Of a DNA stretch of 64,000 nt, positions 24,430 through 38,105 are shown in pieces. The notes below the pieces were generated by a model that saw only the letters and a list, made by a program, of their open reading frames with translations, was not told the DNA's origin and ran no database searches. This DNA comes from Okamejei kenojei (Eukaryota), in contig CM069158.1 in assembly GCA_035221665.1 (NCBI GenBank), positions 17,980,001 to 18,044,000 on the forward strand. Direction: 5' to 3'. Numbering within the stretch: position 1 is the stretch's first letter; each line of letters starts with the position of its first letter. Both the position numbers and the translations under genes were made by a program.

Positions 24430-24487
24430 GTGTGAAAATAACAAACATCTGCGGCCCAAGCAGGAAACGAGCTGTTATTTTAAGGAG
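24430..24487. promoter_or_regulatory. Conserved non-coding module (candidate enhancer), left palindrome arm
   Basis: 56/58 identical to the reverse complement of 33457-33514 amid much more diverged flanks; forkhead-like, E-box, ETS and MEF2-like motifs. Confidence 0.4.
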
Positions 24488-25038
24488 CGGGGCTGCCCGG
24501 AACTGAGGCAAGATGTTTAGATTGTGCCTTTTATACCATATTATCCAAATATCATAGTTTCTCTTCTATCATAAATGTTACTATGAGTATTAATCAGGCA
24601 CTTGACTGTTTAAAGGGACATATTCTCAGGTGTTCTCGAGTTGTGGCAGTCAGAACAAGAATTGCTTCAGAAATTCTGGCATGTTGTTTTCCTGATTAAC
24701 TTCACTCCATAGATTTTTCTCTGAATTCTCTGGGAGGAAATGTTAATTCACGTTGATGGTTTAAATTATGACAGCGAGTTCACCTCCATTACATTGAAAA
24801 AGCTTGGTTTCCTTTCTACTGAAATCAGAGAAATTGGTGTAGTTCGATGCAGAATGCAGCTTCAATCCAATATCCACTTTACATCCATCCAACCGATCCT
24901 CTGTATATTTGTGTCCACATCATGTTATTTTATTATTTTCCTTTGATGAATTGATCTCTTCGTTTTTGAAATCTGTGAATCAGCCTGATCTGTGCATCAG
25001 CAGCGTCAGTCCCACTGACCCATTGGTCTCTCTTCCAT

Positions 25039-28000
25039 TGAGAAGCTGGACATTGAGTGTGGAGAGACAAGTTCAAGTGAAACCAATGGCATTGTGCTGC
25101 CATCCTCTCACACCCAGCAATCGGGGGCAGTGAGGGTGAGCAGGAGTTAGGAGATACTTTCTGAGTTCTGCTGTGTGTTGCAGGACATCTAGAGAAAGAT
25201 GACCTTGCATTGCCAAGACCATTGCCAATAAGCCGGTGCACCTTCCCAGATGGTACACCCTCACACTGCTGTCAAAGATTTATTCAATTTCCACATCCCA
25301 AGGGGTTGTCCTCTACCAGTGCACCGAGGACCTAATTGAGCCTTCAATCCAGGAAACAGGTTGGAAGATGCTTCTGGGGCTTTGAAGTTCGGAATTAGAA
25401 AGTGAGGATGCTTGGAGGCTACTGGAGTTCTGGCTGATGTGGGGTGTTTGAATGTGAGAATTTGCAGGATCAGTATCTTCTATCATTCTCTTCTTTTTAA
25501 AGCCTGCCCATTCAAAATTCTCTTTTGAAATGTGAATTATTGTGTGTTAGGTATCCTTGCACATTTCACCCTTGAGAGTGATGTGTGTGACTGATCTGTG
25601 AGATTGGAGCATTGCAGAGTTATGGGATTTTTTAAAATCAGTTTGCTTTGCACAAAGAGAGGAAGAACAAGGGATTGAGAGACATAGCAAGTGAGATACA
25701 TAGAAAGAAAGGGGGGGGGGAGAGCGAGTGAGAGAGAGAGAGAGGAACTTAAAATGCAGTTGACTGCTGTTCTGTACAAGGAGGAAGTTGAATGTATTGT
25801 TATTATGGCTCAAAGAATTGGATGAGACTGAGGGAAAGATTCTGTGTAATTTAATGGGAAAGTAAATTGCAGGATGTCTTACATTTTAGGAGGCAATGCC
25901 ACAATGTAACTGAACTGCATTAAGGAGAGAACTCTTTCACCTTCTTCCCACATATTCTCTCTTCCTCCATTTTGGCGTGAGTGATAAAGATTTAATTGAT
26001 AATAGATTTTAAAAGTTTTTTATGTTTTACAGTTATTCACAATGGTCCCAAATGAAGGAAAACTCAGGCATGGATTTGATATCCTGACTATAGTTTTGCA
26101 AGAAATAATAACCTGAATTGTACAATCCATTTTGCTTTTCAGGTTAACTTGGTAATCTACGTGTGTTTCTTGAATTCAAAGAATGAAAATCCTGATCAAA
26201 TACAATTGATTCTTAATTATTAATTTAGTTAATGGTTTGGGGCAGTTTGGAGGAATCTCAAACAGAATTTAGAAAGTGAAGCTGGAGGATGTAGATGGTA
26301 AAATATAATTTGACCTCATGTAATTTGTTGCACTTATATTAAGGCAGATATAAAACTGATACATAATATCAGACAGAGGTGAAAGGATTTGTGCTGAATT
26401 CCTGCATACTTTAAATAATCCATATTTTCACATATCACAGGAAAGAGGGAGGCCAATTGGCCTCAGACTGAAGAAGGGTCCCAACCTGAAACGTCACCCA
26501 TCTTTTTTCTCCAGCGATGTTGCCTGACCCGCTGAGTTACTCCAGCACATTGTGCCTATCTTCATTTGTTACCTGCATTGGCATTCTCAGTGTGAGTTGG
26601 TGACATGATTTTTCTTTCCCTTCCATAGATTGATTACTCGGGGAAGAGCTGACTTGTAGTTATTGGCATTGAGGCATTCCAAGAATCCTTGTGAAAATAA
26701 AACACATGCTAGGGTAGCAAGTTTTATTTTGTTACACAGACAGAATAACCGGCATTGAGTTTTAGTCCATCCTGGCAGAACCAGTCCACCCACTCTATTC
26801 CTTCCACTCTTGCTACATAAATCAATGATGCATCATGATGCACCAATTCTTTCATCTTCAGAACCCCAAGATAATCAAATGGTATGGTTGGACACCATCC
26901 TTTCTTCAATCCCCTTAAATAATATGAAGATCCTTTCAAAGCACATTGTATGAGGTAAATTCTTTAACCTTGGCTGCTCAGATGAAGCAGCATGAGCTTT
27001 CGCCCTAGAAAAATGCAAAGTTGTGACAAATCCACAAAAACAAGGACAAATTTAATGTGGCTAAATACCAATCAATCATCCGTAAAGTGATGCAAGCTGT
27101 TGTCAACAGTGGCACTCATTCTAAAGTGACCAACTCACTGATGCCCAGTATGGATTTCCCCCAGGAACTTGTTATCTTCATAAACTCGGGATTAAAAACA
27201 CAGACCAAATAATTGAATTCCAGAGTCTAAAGCTGTTTTAACCTGTAACCAAATCAAAACTAATGTTTTATTTTCAGAACTCTATTCAGTGATGAGTCAT
27301 TTGTTGGTAACTGCAGTTTTTAAGTGTTTGTAGCTTAAACTGACTTGTGGAATACAAATTCTGAATACCTTACATGGGCATTGAAGAAAATCACTTTTTC
27401 GTAGTTGAACAATGAATATGGACACAAAATGCTGGAGTAACTCAACGTGGCAGGCAGCATCTCTGGGGAGAAGGAATGGGTGTCATTTCAGGTTGAGACC
27501 ATTCTTCAGTCTATGTTGAATGTTGTGTTTGTTCCAGACATTTATGCTTTTAGTTGAACACACACACATTTGAAAAACTGAAATATGGTTAGAAATGCAA
27601 AAAGCATAACAAATATCAAAACTAACCTTTCGAAGATAAAGTATTTGCAATTGGAAGTCAATATTTGAGATTTCACCCAACTGTCCCAAGTTATTTCCCC
27701 AAGGAATAATACAGATTCAAGGGCATTTAGTAAAATATACTTTAGATGTTCAGATAATAAATAAGAAAAAGAAAAGAGAGGGAAGGAAATAACAACCTTT
27801 AAAAATGGAAAATAAAAAAACAAATCCCTCCTTTAGTTTTCCTTTATTGGGATTCTTAAGGAATAAATAAAGGGTAAAATATTTTAAAGGTCTCCAGTAA
27901 AAGACATCTTTAACAGTTATTCCAAAGACTAGAGGAAGAGGGTATCGGTGGGTGGAAGCTGAGAGAGCCATCTTCCTCACACAATGCATTTTCACAGTGA

Positions 28001-28242
28001 CAGTGCCTCCTAAAATGTAAGAGGTTCTACAACTTACATTTATGAATAAATTACACAATATCTTTCTCTTAGTCACATCTAACTCTTTGGGACATAACAA
28101 ATACCTCAACTTCCTCTCAGTGCAGAACAGTTAAAATCAACAACCCTTTACCTCTCCCTCTCTATCTCTTTCTCTCTCCTACATTTTCTTATATTTGTGT
28201 AAATTAAATTGACTTCAAATATTCTCAAATCTCTGCAATACT
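25039..28242. repeat. 3.2-kb tandem duplication, unit 1
   Basis: TGAGAAGC(T/C)GGACATTGAGTGTGGAGAGACAAGTTC starts at 25039 and 28243; the units are collinear throughout. Confidence 0.85.
26724..27700 (-). pseudogene. Unidentified three-exon gene remnant, duplicated at ~30004-30975
   Basis: Canonical GT-AG introns 27243-27373 and 27005-27138 join three exons in one reading frame with only 3 internal stops; short repeat inserted at 27421-27512. Confidence 0.4.
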
Positions 28243-31200
28243 GAGAAGCCGGACATTGAGTGTGGAGAGACAAGTTCAAGTGAAACTAATGGCATTGTGC
28301 TGCCCTCCTCTCACACCCAGCAATCTGGGACAATGAGGGTGAGCAGGAGTTAGGAAATAATGGCTGAGTTCTGCTGTGTGTTGCAGGACATCTAGAGAAG
28401 TATGACCTTGCATTGCCAAGAACATTGCCAATAAGCCGGTGCACCTTCCCAAATGGTACACCCTCCCACTACAGTCAAAGGTTTATTCAATTTCCACAAC
28501 CCAAGGGGTTGACCCTCTCCCAGTGCACTGAGGACCTAATTGAGTCTTCAATCAGTCAGATCCAGGAAACAGGTTGGAAGATTAGAAAGTGAGGATGCTT
28601 AGAGGCTACTGGAGTTCTGACTGATGTGGAGTTTTTAAATGTGAGAGTTTTCAGGATCAGTGTCTTCTATCATTCTTTTCTTTTTAAAGCTTGTCGATTC
28701 TAAATTCTCTTTTGAAATGTGAATTATGGTGTTTTAGGTTTCCCTGCACGTTTCACCCTTGAGAGTGATGTGTGTGACTGATCTGTGAGACTAAATCATT
28801 GCAGTTATGGGATTTTAAAAAATCAGTTTGCTTTGCACATAGAGTGGATGAACAGGGGATTGAGAGACATNNNNNNNNNNNNNNNNNNNNNNNNNNNNNN
28901 NNNNNNNNNNNNNNNNNNNNNNNNNNNNNNNNNNNNNNNNNNNNNNNNNNNNNNNNNNNNNNNNNNNNNNNNNNNNNNNNNNNNNNNNNNNNNNNNNNNN
29001 NNNNNNNNNNNNNNNNNNNNNNNNNNNNNNNNNNNNNNNNNNNNGATGTTCTGTGGAAGGTGGAAATTGAATGTATTGTTATTATGACTCAAAGAATTGG
29101 ATGAGACTGAGGGAAAGATTCTGTGTAATTTAGTGGGAAAGTAAATTGCAGGACCTCTTACATTTTAGGAGGCAATGCCACAATGTGACTGAGCTGCATT
29201 AAGGATAGAACTCTTTCAGCTTCTGCCCACATATTCTCTCTTCCTCCATTTTGGCGTGAGTGATAAAGATTTAATAGATTGTAGAATTTAAAAGTTTTTT
29301 ATGTTTTGCAGTTATTCACAATGGTCCCAAATGACGGAAAACTCAGGCATGGATTTGATATCCTGACTATAGTTTTGAAAGAAATAGTAACCCGAATTGT
29401 ACAATCCATTTTGCTTTTCAGGTTAACTTGGTAATCTATGTGTGTTTCTTGAATTCAAAGATTGAAAATCCTGATCAAATACAATTGATTCTTAATTATT
29501 AATTTAGTTAATGGTTTGGGGCAGTTTGGAGGAATCTCAAACAGAATTTAGAAAGTGAAGCTGGAGGATGTAGATGGTAAAATATAATTTGACTTTATGT
29601 AATTTGTTGCACTTATATCAAGGCAGATATAAAACTGATACATAATATCAGACAGAGGTGAATGGATTTGTGCTGAATTCCTGCATACTTTAAATATTCC
29701 ATATTTTCACATTTCACAAGAAAGAGGGAGGCCAATTGGCCTCAGACTGAAGAAGGGGCCTTAACCTGAAACGTCACCCATCTTTTTTCTCCAGAGATGT
29801 TGCCTGACCCGCTGAGTTACTCCAGCACATTGTGCCTATCTTCAATTGTTACCTGCATTGGCATTCTCAGTGTGAGTTGGTGACATGATTTTTCTTTCCC
29901 TTCCATAGATTGATTACTCGGGGAAGAGCTGACTTATAGTTATTGGCATTGAGTCATTCCAAGAATCCTTGTGAAAATAAAACACATGCGAAGGTAGCAA
30001 GTTTTATTCTGTTACACAGACAGAATAACCCGCATTGAGTTTTAGTCCATCCTGGCAGCACCAGTCCACCCACTTTATTCCTTCCACTCTTGATACATAA
30101 ATCAATGATGCATCATGATGCACCAATTGTTTAATCTTCAGAACCCCAAGATGATCAAATGGTATGGTTGGACACCATCCTTTCTTCAATCCCCTTAAAT
30201 AATATGAAGATCCTTTCAAAGCACATTGTATGAGGTAAATTCTTTAACCTTGGCTGATCAGATGAAGCAGCTTGAGCTTTTGCCCTAGAAAAAAATGCAA
30301 AGTTATGACCAATCCACAAACACAAGGATAAATTTAATATGGCTAAATACCAATCAATCATCCAAAAAGTGATGCAAGCTGTTGTCAACAGTGGCACTCA
30401 TTCTAAAGTGACCAACTCACTGATGCCCAGTTTGGATTTCCCCCAGGAACTTGCTATCTTCATAAACTCGGGATTAAAAACACAGACCAAATAATTGAAT
30501 TCCAGAGTCTAAAGCTGTTTTAACCTGTAACCAAATCAAAACCAACGTTTTATTTTCAGAACTCTATTCAGTGATGATGAGTCATTTGTTGACAACTGCA
30601 GTTTTTAAGTCTTTGTAGCTTAAACTGATCTGTGGAATACAAATTCTGAATGCCTTACATGGGCATTGAAGAAAATCACTTTTTCATAGTTGAATGCTGA
30701 ATATGGACACAAAATGCAACGGGACAGGCAGCATCTCTGGAGAGAAGGAATCAGTGACATTTCAGGTTGAGACATTCTTCAGTCTATGTTGAATGTTGTG
30801 TTTGTTCCAGATATTTATGCTTTTCGTTGAACACACACACATTTGAAAAACTGGAATATGGTTAGAAATGCAAAAATTATAATAAATATCAAGACTAGCC
30901 TTTCGAGAATAAAGTATTTGCAATTGGAAGTCAATATTTGAGATTTCACACAACTGTCTCAAGTTATTTCCCAAAGGAGTAATTCAGATTCAAGGACATT
31001 TAATTATAAATACTTTTAGATGTTCGGATAATAAATGAAGAAAAAGAAAAGAGAGTGATGGAAAAATCAACCTTTTAAAATGGGAAATAAAAAACAAATC
31101 CCTCCTTTAGTTTTCCTTTATTGGGATTCTTAAGGAATAAATAAAGGATAAAATATTTTAAATATCTCCGGTAAAATACATCTTTAACACTCGTTCCAAA

Positions 31201-31510
31201 GACTAGAGGGGGAGGGTAACAGTGTGTGGAAGCTGAGAGAGCTCTCTTCCTCACACAATGCATTTTCACAATGACAGTGCCTCCTAAAATGTTAGGGGTT
31301 CTACAACTTCACTTTATGATTAAATTGCACAAGATCTTTCTCTCAGTCACATCCAACTCTTTGGGACATAACAAATACCTCATCTTCCTCTCAGTGCAGA
31401 ACAGTTAAAGTCAACAACCCTTTAGCTCTCTCTCTTACTCTCTCACACATTTTCCTCTCTTTGTGTAAATTAAATTGACTTCAAATATTCCCAAATTTCT
31501 GCAATACACA
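28243..31510. repeat. 3.2-kb tandem duplication, unit 2 (contains the assembly gap)
   Basis: Collinear with 25039-28242, with scattered substitutions and indels. Confidence 0.85.
28871..29044. other. Assembly gap (N run)
   Basis: 174 Ns at the position of the GA/G-rich tract seen at ~25690-25770 in unit 1. Confidence 0.99.
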
Positions 31511-33456
31511 GATTCACAATTCACAGATCATTTATTCACATCATTCTCAAGTGTAAGGAGTTTTGTAATTCAGTTTCTGATTAAATTGCACAAAATCTCT
31601 CCCTCAGTCACATCCAATTCCGTGGACCAAAATAACATTTACCTCATCTGTCCCTGAGCAGAGAACAGCAAGATTAAACATTGTTATATCTGGTAAGGTC
31701 TCAGTCCTTTGTGCATTTGGATAGTATCATTTTGCCTGTGACCCCTTTCTCTTTGAGAGTTTGTTTGCCTCTTGCTTCATGTAACTATCTTACCCCAAGT
31801 ATAACGTTACCCCAGGTTTGTGCTTTGACTCCAACATGACTTTTCCTTTATTGCCAGCAGTTCTTCACTTTTACCCTCTCCAGCTCACGCACTCACCCCT
31901 TGGGATACCACAAAGCCAGGCCATGGCTTTATGAACCTGTCCCACATTGAACATAAAGTGATTTACTTTGATTTCAAACAAGTGGTGTGATTGTTAATCT
32001 CTGGGTCAAAATCCGGAAAATGGTCTTGCAGTTTTTCCAATTTTGTAATGGTATTTCTTAAAGCAGGTTGCTGTTGTTGAGCTTGAAGAACCATGAAAAG
32101 TGAAGCAATTGCTGAATATGTCATGGATGTCAAATCTGTAGACCTGTGCTTGAGCCATTTCACTCTCCAGCAGATAACAAGGGTGAGTGCTCCAATTTTG
32201 AGTGCATCAATGAATTGAGTTTCCTTTTAATTTGGGTTATATGTTAGATAACATTAACCTGAGGTTTAGACTTGACTATTTTTGTGGTGTCATGGGCACC
32301 CTCCTATCCTTCAGCTCCACAGCTCTCAAGTGCCCATTATGCTGCTTATCCTGGGACAGATTATACACTGTTCCAATGCTATAATTTGAGGTACGGGATG
32401 TGCTCTTTTGTCTTTATTTTAGCTTTTGTCTTTATTCCAAGGGAGACAATTTCCTTGTGTGTCTTTATAACAATTATATGTAGATGCAGACATGGGCAAT
32501 TGACTATCTCTGCGTGAAGTAGCTTTGACTGTGGTGGGAGAGTGTGCTGAATAGGAAGGTGCACAGTCTTATGCCATGAGATCTTCCTTGAGATGACCAG
32601 GATTACAGATCAGACACCCTTAGGATTTGTCCACCTGCTCACCATCAGTGTTCCTGACAGGTGGATGTGAGAGGAGGGCAGCACTGGGCCAATTGGTTTC
32701 ACTTGAACTTGCATGTCCACACTCACTGTACGGTGACCCAAGCGAGGAGTGGTCACGAGATCAGTGAGACTGATGTTACTGAAGCACAGACCAGACTGAT
32801 TCACAGATTTTAGACTTGGAGGGTAAATTTGACCAAAAAATAATAATAAAAGATATGTCATGAGAATGGAAGGACACACAAGGGCAGTTTAACTATGTGT
32901 GGATTGAAGATGTGGATTGAATTCAAGCCCCGTTGTACAACTCACTTAATTTCTCAATTTGAAGGTAGACACAAAATGCTGGAGTAACTCAGTGGGCCAG
33001 GCAGCATCTTTGGAGAGAAAGAATGGGTGACGTTTTGGGTCAAGACCCTTCACCCATTCCTTCTCTCCAGATTGAAACCAGCATCTGCAGTTCTTTCCTA
33101 TCACTTCTCAATTCCTTTGAATACAGTGGGAAGTAAACCAGGCGTTGACTGCATAATGGGAATGAATTAACTTCCAGCCGTCTATACCATCAGACCTAAT
33201 TATATTTTCCTCCCCCCAGAATTCACTGAAGGTCAGTGGGTTGAAGTTAATCAGGCAACCAATATGGCGAAATATCTAAAGCAATTCTTGTGCTGACTGT
33301 TATAGCTCAAAGAGAGCACCAGATGTAACTTTAAATAGTCAAGTGCCTGATAGCTACTCAAAGCAACGTCCGGGGTGGAACAGAGACTGTGATATTTGGA
33401 TAAAGTAGTATAAAAGGCTGATCTAAATGTCTTGTTTCAGTTCTGGACAGCCCCTC

Positions 33457-33514
33457 TCCTTAAAATAACAGCTCGTTTCCTGCTTGGCCCACAGATGTTT
33501 GTTATTTTCACACT
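33457..33514. promoter_or_regulatory. Conserved non-coding module (candidate enhancer), right palindrome arm
   Basis: Inverted copy of 24430-24487. Confidence 0.4.
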
Positions 33515-36239
33515 CAGGTGGCAGCTGATTTAAACAGTTCCAACCTCTTTCTTTGAATGAAGTAGCAATTATTATTTACAATGTTGGAGCATGAGAACTA
33601 TTAGCTTCCTTCGTATTAACACAAGTGAATATTGTCCAATATCCCAAGGAGTTATTTCCCACTGGATTAGATGACAATCGTCCTCCATTCATAACGTACT
33701 CAAGCTTGATGAAGCCAATTTGAAATTCTGGAAACTGATTGGTACAGTACCAACTCTCTGCAACCTTGCCTCCACCAATCCAATTTCTGCATTAAAATTA
33801 GTTCAATTTATTATTAATATCCTGATTTTACATAGTCTAGCAGACCCACTTTAACTTTGAGTAGTATATATGGTCTTAATATTCTGCTTTTTATTAATAG
33901 CAAATTGGAATACAATAAACAGATAGCATTAGTCTATCAGCACTGTAGAACATAGCACACAGATCATAGAACATTGAACCACACAGCACAAGAAGAGACC
34001 CTTTGGCCAATAATGTCTGTAGCCAACATATTGCAAAGACCAACTGTCATCTGCCTGCACATGATCCATATCTCTCCACTTCCAGAATGTGCCTATCTAA
34101 AATTCTCTTAAATGCCATTATCATATTTGCCTCCACCACCATTCCAGGCAGCATGTTCCACGCACTCACCACCAAGTGTGTAAAATACATCTCATGCATA
34201 TTGCTGTAAACATTGCCCCACTCTCCTTAAAGTTATGGCCCCTAGTGTTTGATATTTCCATCCTGGGAAAAAAGTTCTGACTGTCTACACCAATGTTGGC
34301 AGGAATTAATATTCCAGATGGTGGATGAGGTACAAATCATTTGAGTGGCCTTGTCCTGGTGAGCTTCAGGAATGTTACCGGAGCTGTGCTCATCTCAACA
34401 AGTGGAGAGTATTCTGTCCTCTCTTGACTTGGACCTTGCAAATGGTGAAAGGCTCTGTGCGGTCAGAGGGTGAGTCATTCACCTAGGGCTGATCCAAGCT
34501 TTGGTTTGCTCATTACTGTACAATTCATATGTCTGGTCCATATTAAATGATGGTAAATGGTGGCCTCCTTGCCACATATCAGCCAATGTCTGGATGTTGT
34601 CTTGGTCATGCTGCATGTAGTTATGGACTTGTTCATTTGCTGAGGAGCTGCAATCACAAGTGAACAACACCACTTCTGATTTTGTGATAGAAGGAAGGTC
34701 ATTAATTCCAACCTTTTGTGTATTTCCATCTTAATGCACATTGACTTCAGTGTTACCAGGAGAGCTTGATATCGCACTTGGTCAAATGTTGCCTTGGTGT
34801 CATGGCCGCTCACTCTCTCCTCACCATTGGAATTCAGCTCTCTGGTCTAGTTATAGAATTGTAGAATTGTCCATCATAGAAACAGGCCCTCTTGCGCCTA
34901 AAATCCTCATAAAATCCTTTCAGTTTCTCCATAATCTTTAAAAAAAGATACAGCATGGATACAGGCACTTCAGCCCACCATATCCACGCTGACTATTGGT
35001 CACCCATTCACACTAGTTCTATGCTGTCGTATCCCAGTGATGTTTCAAGGCCCTTCAATGCCCTACAAATATATTTTTTAACTTCTCTCCTCCAATATAT
35101 ATACTCTTCAAGGGACTCTCCCATTTTCAGTCACTTGTACCAGCCATATACTGCTTTCCTTGCTTCAAACTCTCAATATCATTTGATATCCAGGATTCCT
35201 TTAACCTTGCCATCCTAATGAGAACATGTTTTCCCTGAACACTCACCCTCTCCCTTTTGAAACAATTTCCCACTGGTTGGATTGTTGTTGTACCCACAAG
35301 CAGCTGCTCCCTGCCAACAGACAGGCCCATCTGCACAATCCCATGTACCCAAGCTAGGTCCGTATTTTATGCATTGCCCATTTAAGTGCCTGCTTCATTC
35401 AACCTTATCTTTTGCACTCACATAGTAGGTTGCATAATGGTTGAGGATAGGGATGTGTTTGGAGCGTCTTTCCCCGGTTACCTGTTTAAATTGTCTTCCA
35501 GCATTTCTGACCCAGTATGGCTGACTTCCGGGCTTTGATCTGGTCCATTAGTTGTTAGGTTATGTCATTCCACACTGAGTTTACTGCTAAACGTGCCAGC
35601 AATCCTTTGCTGCAGCTTCACTAAGCTGACACCACTTGTTCAAGTATGTGTGGTACTTGTCCCAACATGAGCATATACGTTCCTCACTGAACCAGTGTTA
35701 TTCCTCTGGCTTTATAGTAATGGTGAGGTGAGGGATATGCTGGGCAATGAGGTTATTTTTTTGGTGGACATTTCTGCTGCCGATGGTCCAGGACATCTCA
35801 AGTACACCCAGTTTCAAGCTGTCTAGTTTGTTCTGAATCTATCCAAGTTAGCATGTTTGCTAGAGACACAGATCGTGATGGAAGGTGTTCTTAGTGTGAA
35901 GATAACACATTGCCTTCACAAGGACTGTGCACATGTTCAACCAATGTTGTCATGGATGGGTGCATCTACCACAGGTAGAGTGGTGCAGATGTGGTCAAGT
36001 AGGTTCATCACTCCCTGCTGATAGTTTTGTCGGTTATCTTCTTCAGTACATGGTCACCTTATATTGATTGGGCAGCCAAGCTACTTTCAGTGTTTGAGAG
36101 AAAGCCTTTGTAACAAGTCATCCTCACTGTTTATGAAGCAAGTGAACTAGGAACTGCCAAGCAGTTAGCCTAACATAAGCAGTTAATGGAATGTATAATC
36201 AAGCACATGTGATTTCTGTAGGTTACCAAGAAAATAATT

Positions 36240-37130
36240 ACATTATTGAGCAGGGTCAGCATGGATTTGTGGAAAAAGTCATATTTGACTGCTCAATTGG
36301 AGGTGGTGAGGGTGTATCCAGTGGAGTGGATGAGGATGATCCCATGGGAATGCTGAATCAGTAAACCAGCTGAGTTTTTACCACATTCCATTAGAATCCT
36401 GAGTCAGCCAGATTTGGTTTCTTATTTCGAATTGCAACTTATTAACTGAATTTAGATTCCACAGCTGCTGTGTTTCAGGGGTTATGGTTGTGGGTGGGGT
36501 GTGCGAATATGTGGGGGTGGATGCTAACAAACTCCAATGTGATTTGGGCAAGTGGGATAAGTGGGCTAATGTGTGGGAGATATAGTTCATTGTAGATAAA
36601 TGTGAGATTATTCACTTTGGTTTCACAAATAGAAAAAGGAATTATTATCTGAATATAGATAAGTTGGGAAAAGGGATGATGCAGCAAGACCTGGATAGTA
36701 TTGTACATCAGTAACGGATAACCTGCTGCAACTAGACAAGGCTTTGATAAATTTTGTGCACAGTTTTGGTCTCCTTATCTGAGGATGTTGGTGCCGTTAA
36801 GGGAGTGTTTATTGAACTGATTTGTGTGTGGGCAGAACTGATGTATGAGTCGATTAGGCCTATATTCACCAGAGTAGAAGATAGTAAGAGTGGGTCTCAT
36901 AGATAACAATAATGTTCGGAAGGATTGAACAGACCTGTTCCCAGGAAGATATTACAAATCACTGAAGAGCCGAAAACCAGGGCTCATGCCCTCAGGATTC
37001 AGAAGATGCCTTTTAGTACAAGACCAGGAGGAATTTTTCCACTCTGAGTGTGATGAATCCTTGGGGATTTTCTACACAGAAGGCAATGGAGGCCAATATA
37101 TATTAAATACATTCAAGAACAAGGTGGATA
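36240..37130 (+). mobile_element. Old degraded CR1 RT/3' region
   Basis: QHGF-like and KWANVWEI*FIVDKCEIIHFG-like motifs; 3' end similar to younger CR1 copies. Confidence 0.6.
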
Positions 37131-37132
37131 TC

Positions 37133-37575
37133 TGTAAAGCAACAGACACATACTCAAAGTAAAGTTCCAACAAGTTTATTGGCATATAATGAAGTTATAC
37201 AGCAAGTTGGCATCACTGTGTCTGCATCACGACTGGCAGCGTATGTCAGGAGTCGTTAGTATGAATGGTGCCAGTATAATAAAAACGTGGACTGGATTAT
37301 AGATTATAGTGGTGTGTAACAATTGTGTGTTAGTATTGGTTAACATTTAAGTAAAGCAGATCTACATCTTTCCTCTTAAGAAAATAACATAACTATAAAT
37401 ATATATGTAAGTACAAATAATCATGTTTCACTGGCGTGTGTAAAATAAAATAGACAGTTACTTCAGTGCTGGAGCAGGTTAAACATAGTCTCCGTATCTA
37501 AGGGTAGGTTTACAAATACGACCCGAACGCATGCGGTATAAACTCGCATCTCCATCCTTCACCGGCGAAAACTGA
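37133..37575 (-). mobile_element. Gypsy-type LTR retrotransposon 3' remnant (integrase tail, PPT, LTR)
   Basis: Minus strand RMRSGRICKPTLRYGD tail, PPT AAGAGGAAAGA, then a TGT...ACA-bounded 234-bp LTR (37133-37366) containing AATAAA. Confidence 0.65.
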
Positions 37576-37589
37576 GAGACTAAGGGCTG

Positions 37590-38105
37590 TTGAGTGCGTT
37601 GTCAGGATGGTGTGGGTCCTTGATGATGTTGGCTGCCTTTTTGAGGCAGCGACTGCGATAGATCCCTTCGATGGTGGGGAGGTCAGAGCCGATGATGGAC
37701 TGGGCAGTGGTCACAACTTTCTGCAGTCTTTTCCACTCCTGACGCTCAAGTTACCGAACCAAGCCACGATGCAACCAGTCAGCATGCTCTCTACTGTGCA
37801 CCTGTAGAACTTCAAGAGTGTCCTCTTTGACATACCGACTCTCCGTAATCTTCTCAGGAAGTAGAGGCGCTGATGTGCTTTCTTTATAATTGCATCAGTG
37901 TGCTGGAACCAGGAGAGATCTTCGGAAATGTGCACGCCCAGGAATTTGAAGTTCTTGATCCTTTCCACCATCGTCCCGTTTATAATAACGGGATTGTGGG
38001 TCCCTATCCTACCCCTTCCAAAGTCCACAATCAGTTCCTTGGCTTTGCTGGTGTTGAGAGCCAGGTCATTGTGCTGGCACCATTTGGTCAATTGGTCGAT
38101 CTCAC
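37590..38105 (-). mobile_element. Rex1/Babar-like LINE RT 3' fragment
   Basis: WCQHNDLALNTSKAKELIVDF...FKFLGVHISEDLSW...KKAHQRLYFLRRL...FYRCTVESMLTGCIVAWFGN. Confidence 0.85.

Noticed and set aside
28785-29104. ORFs containing X runs
   Set aside because: They span the N gap.
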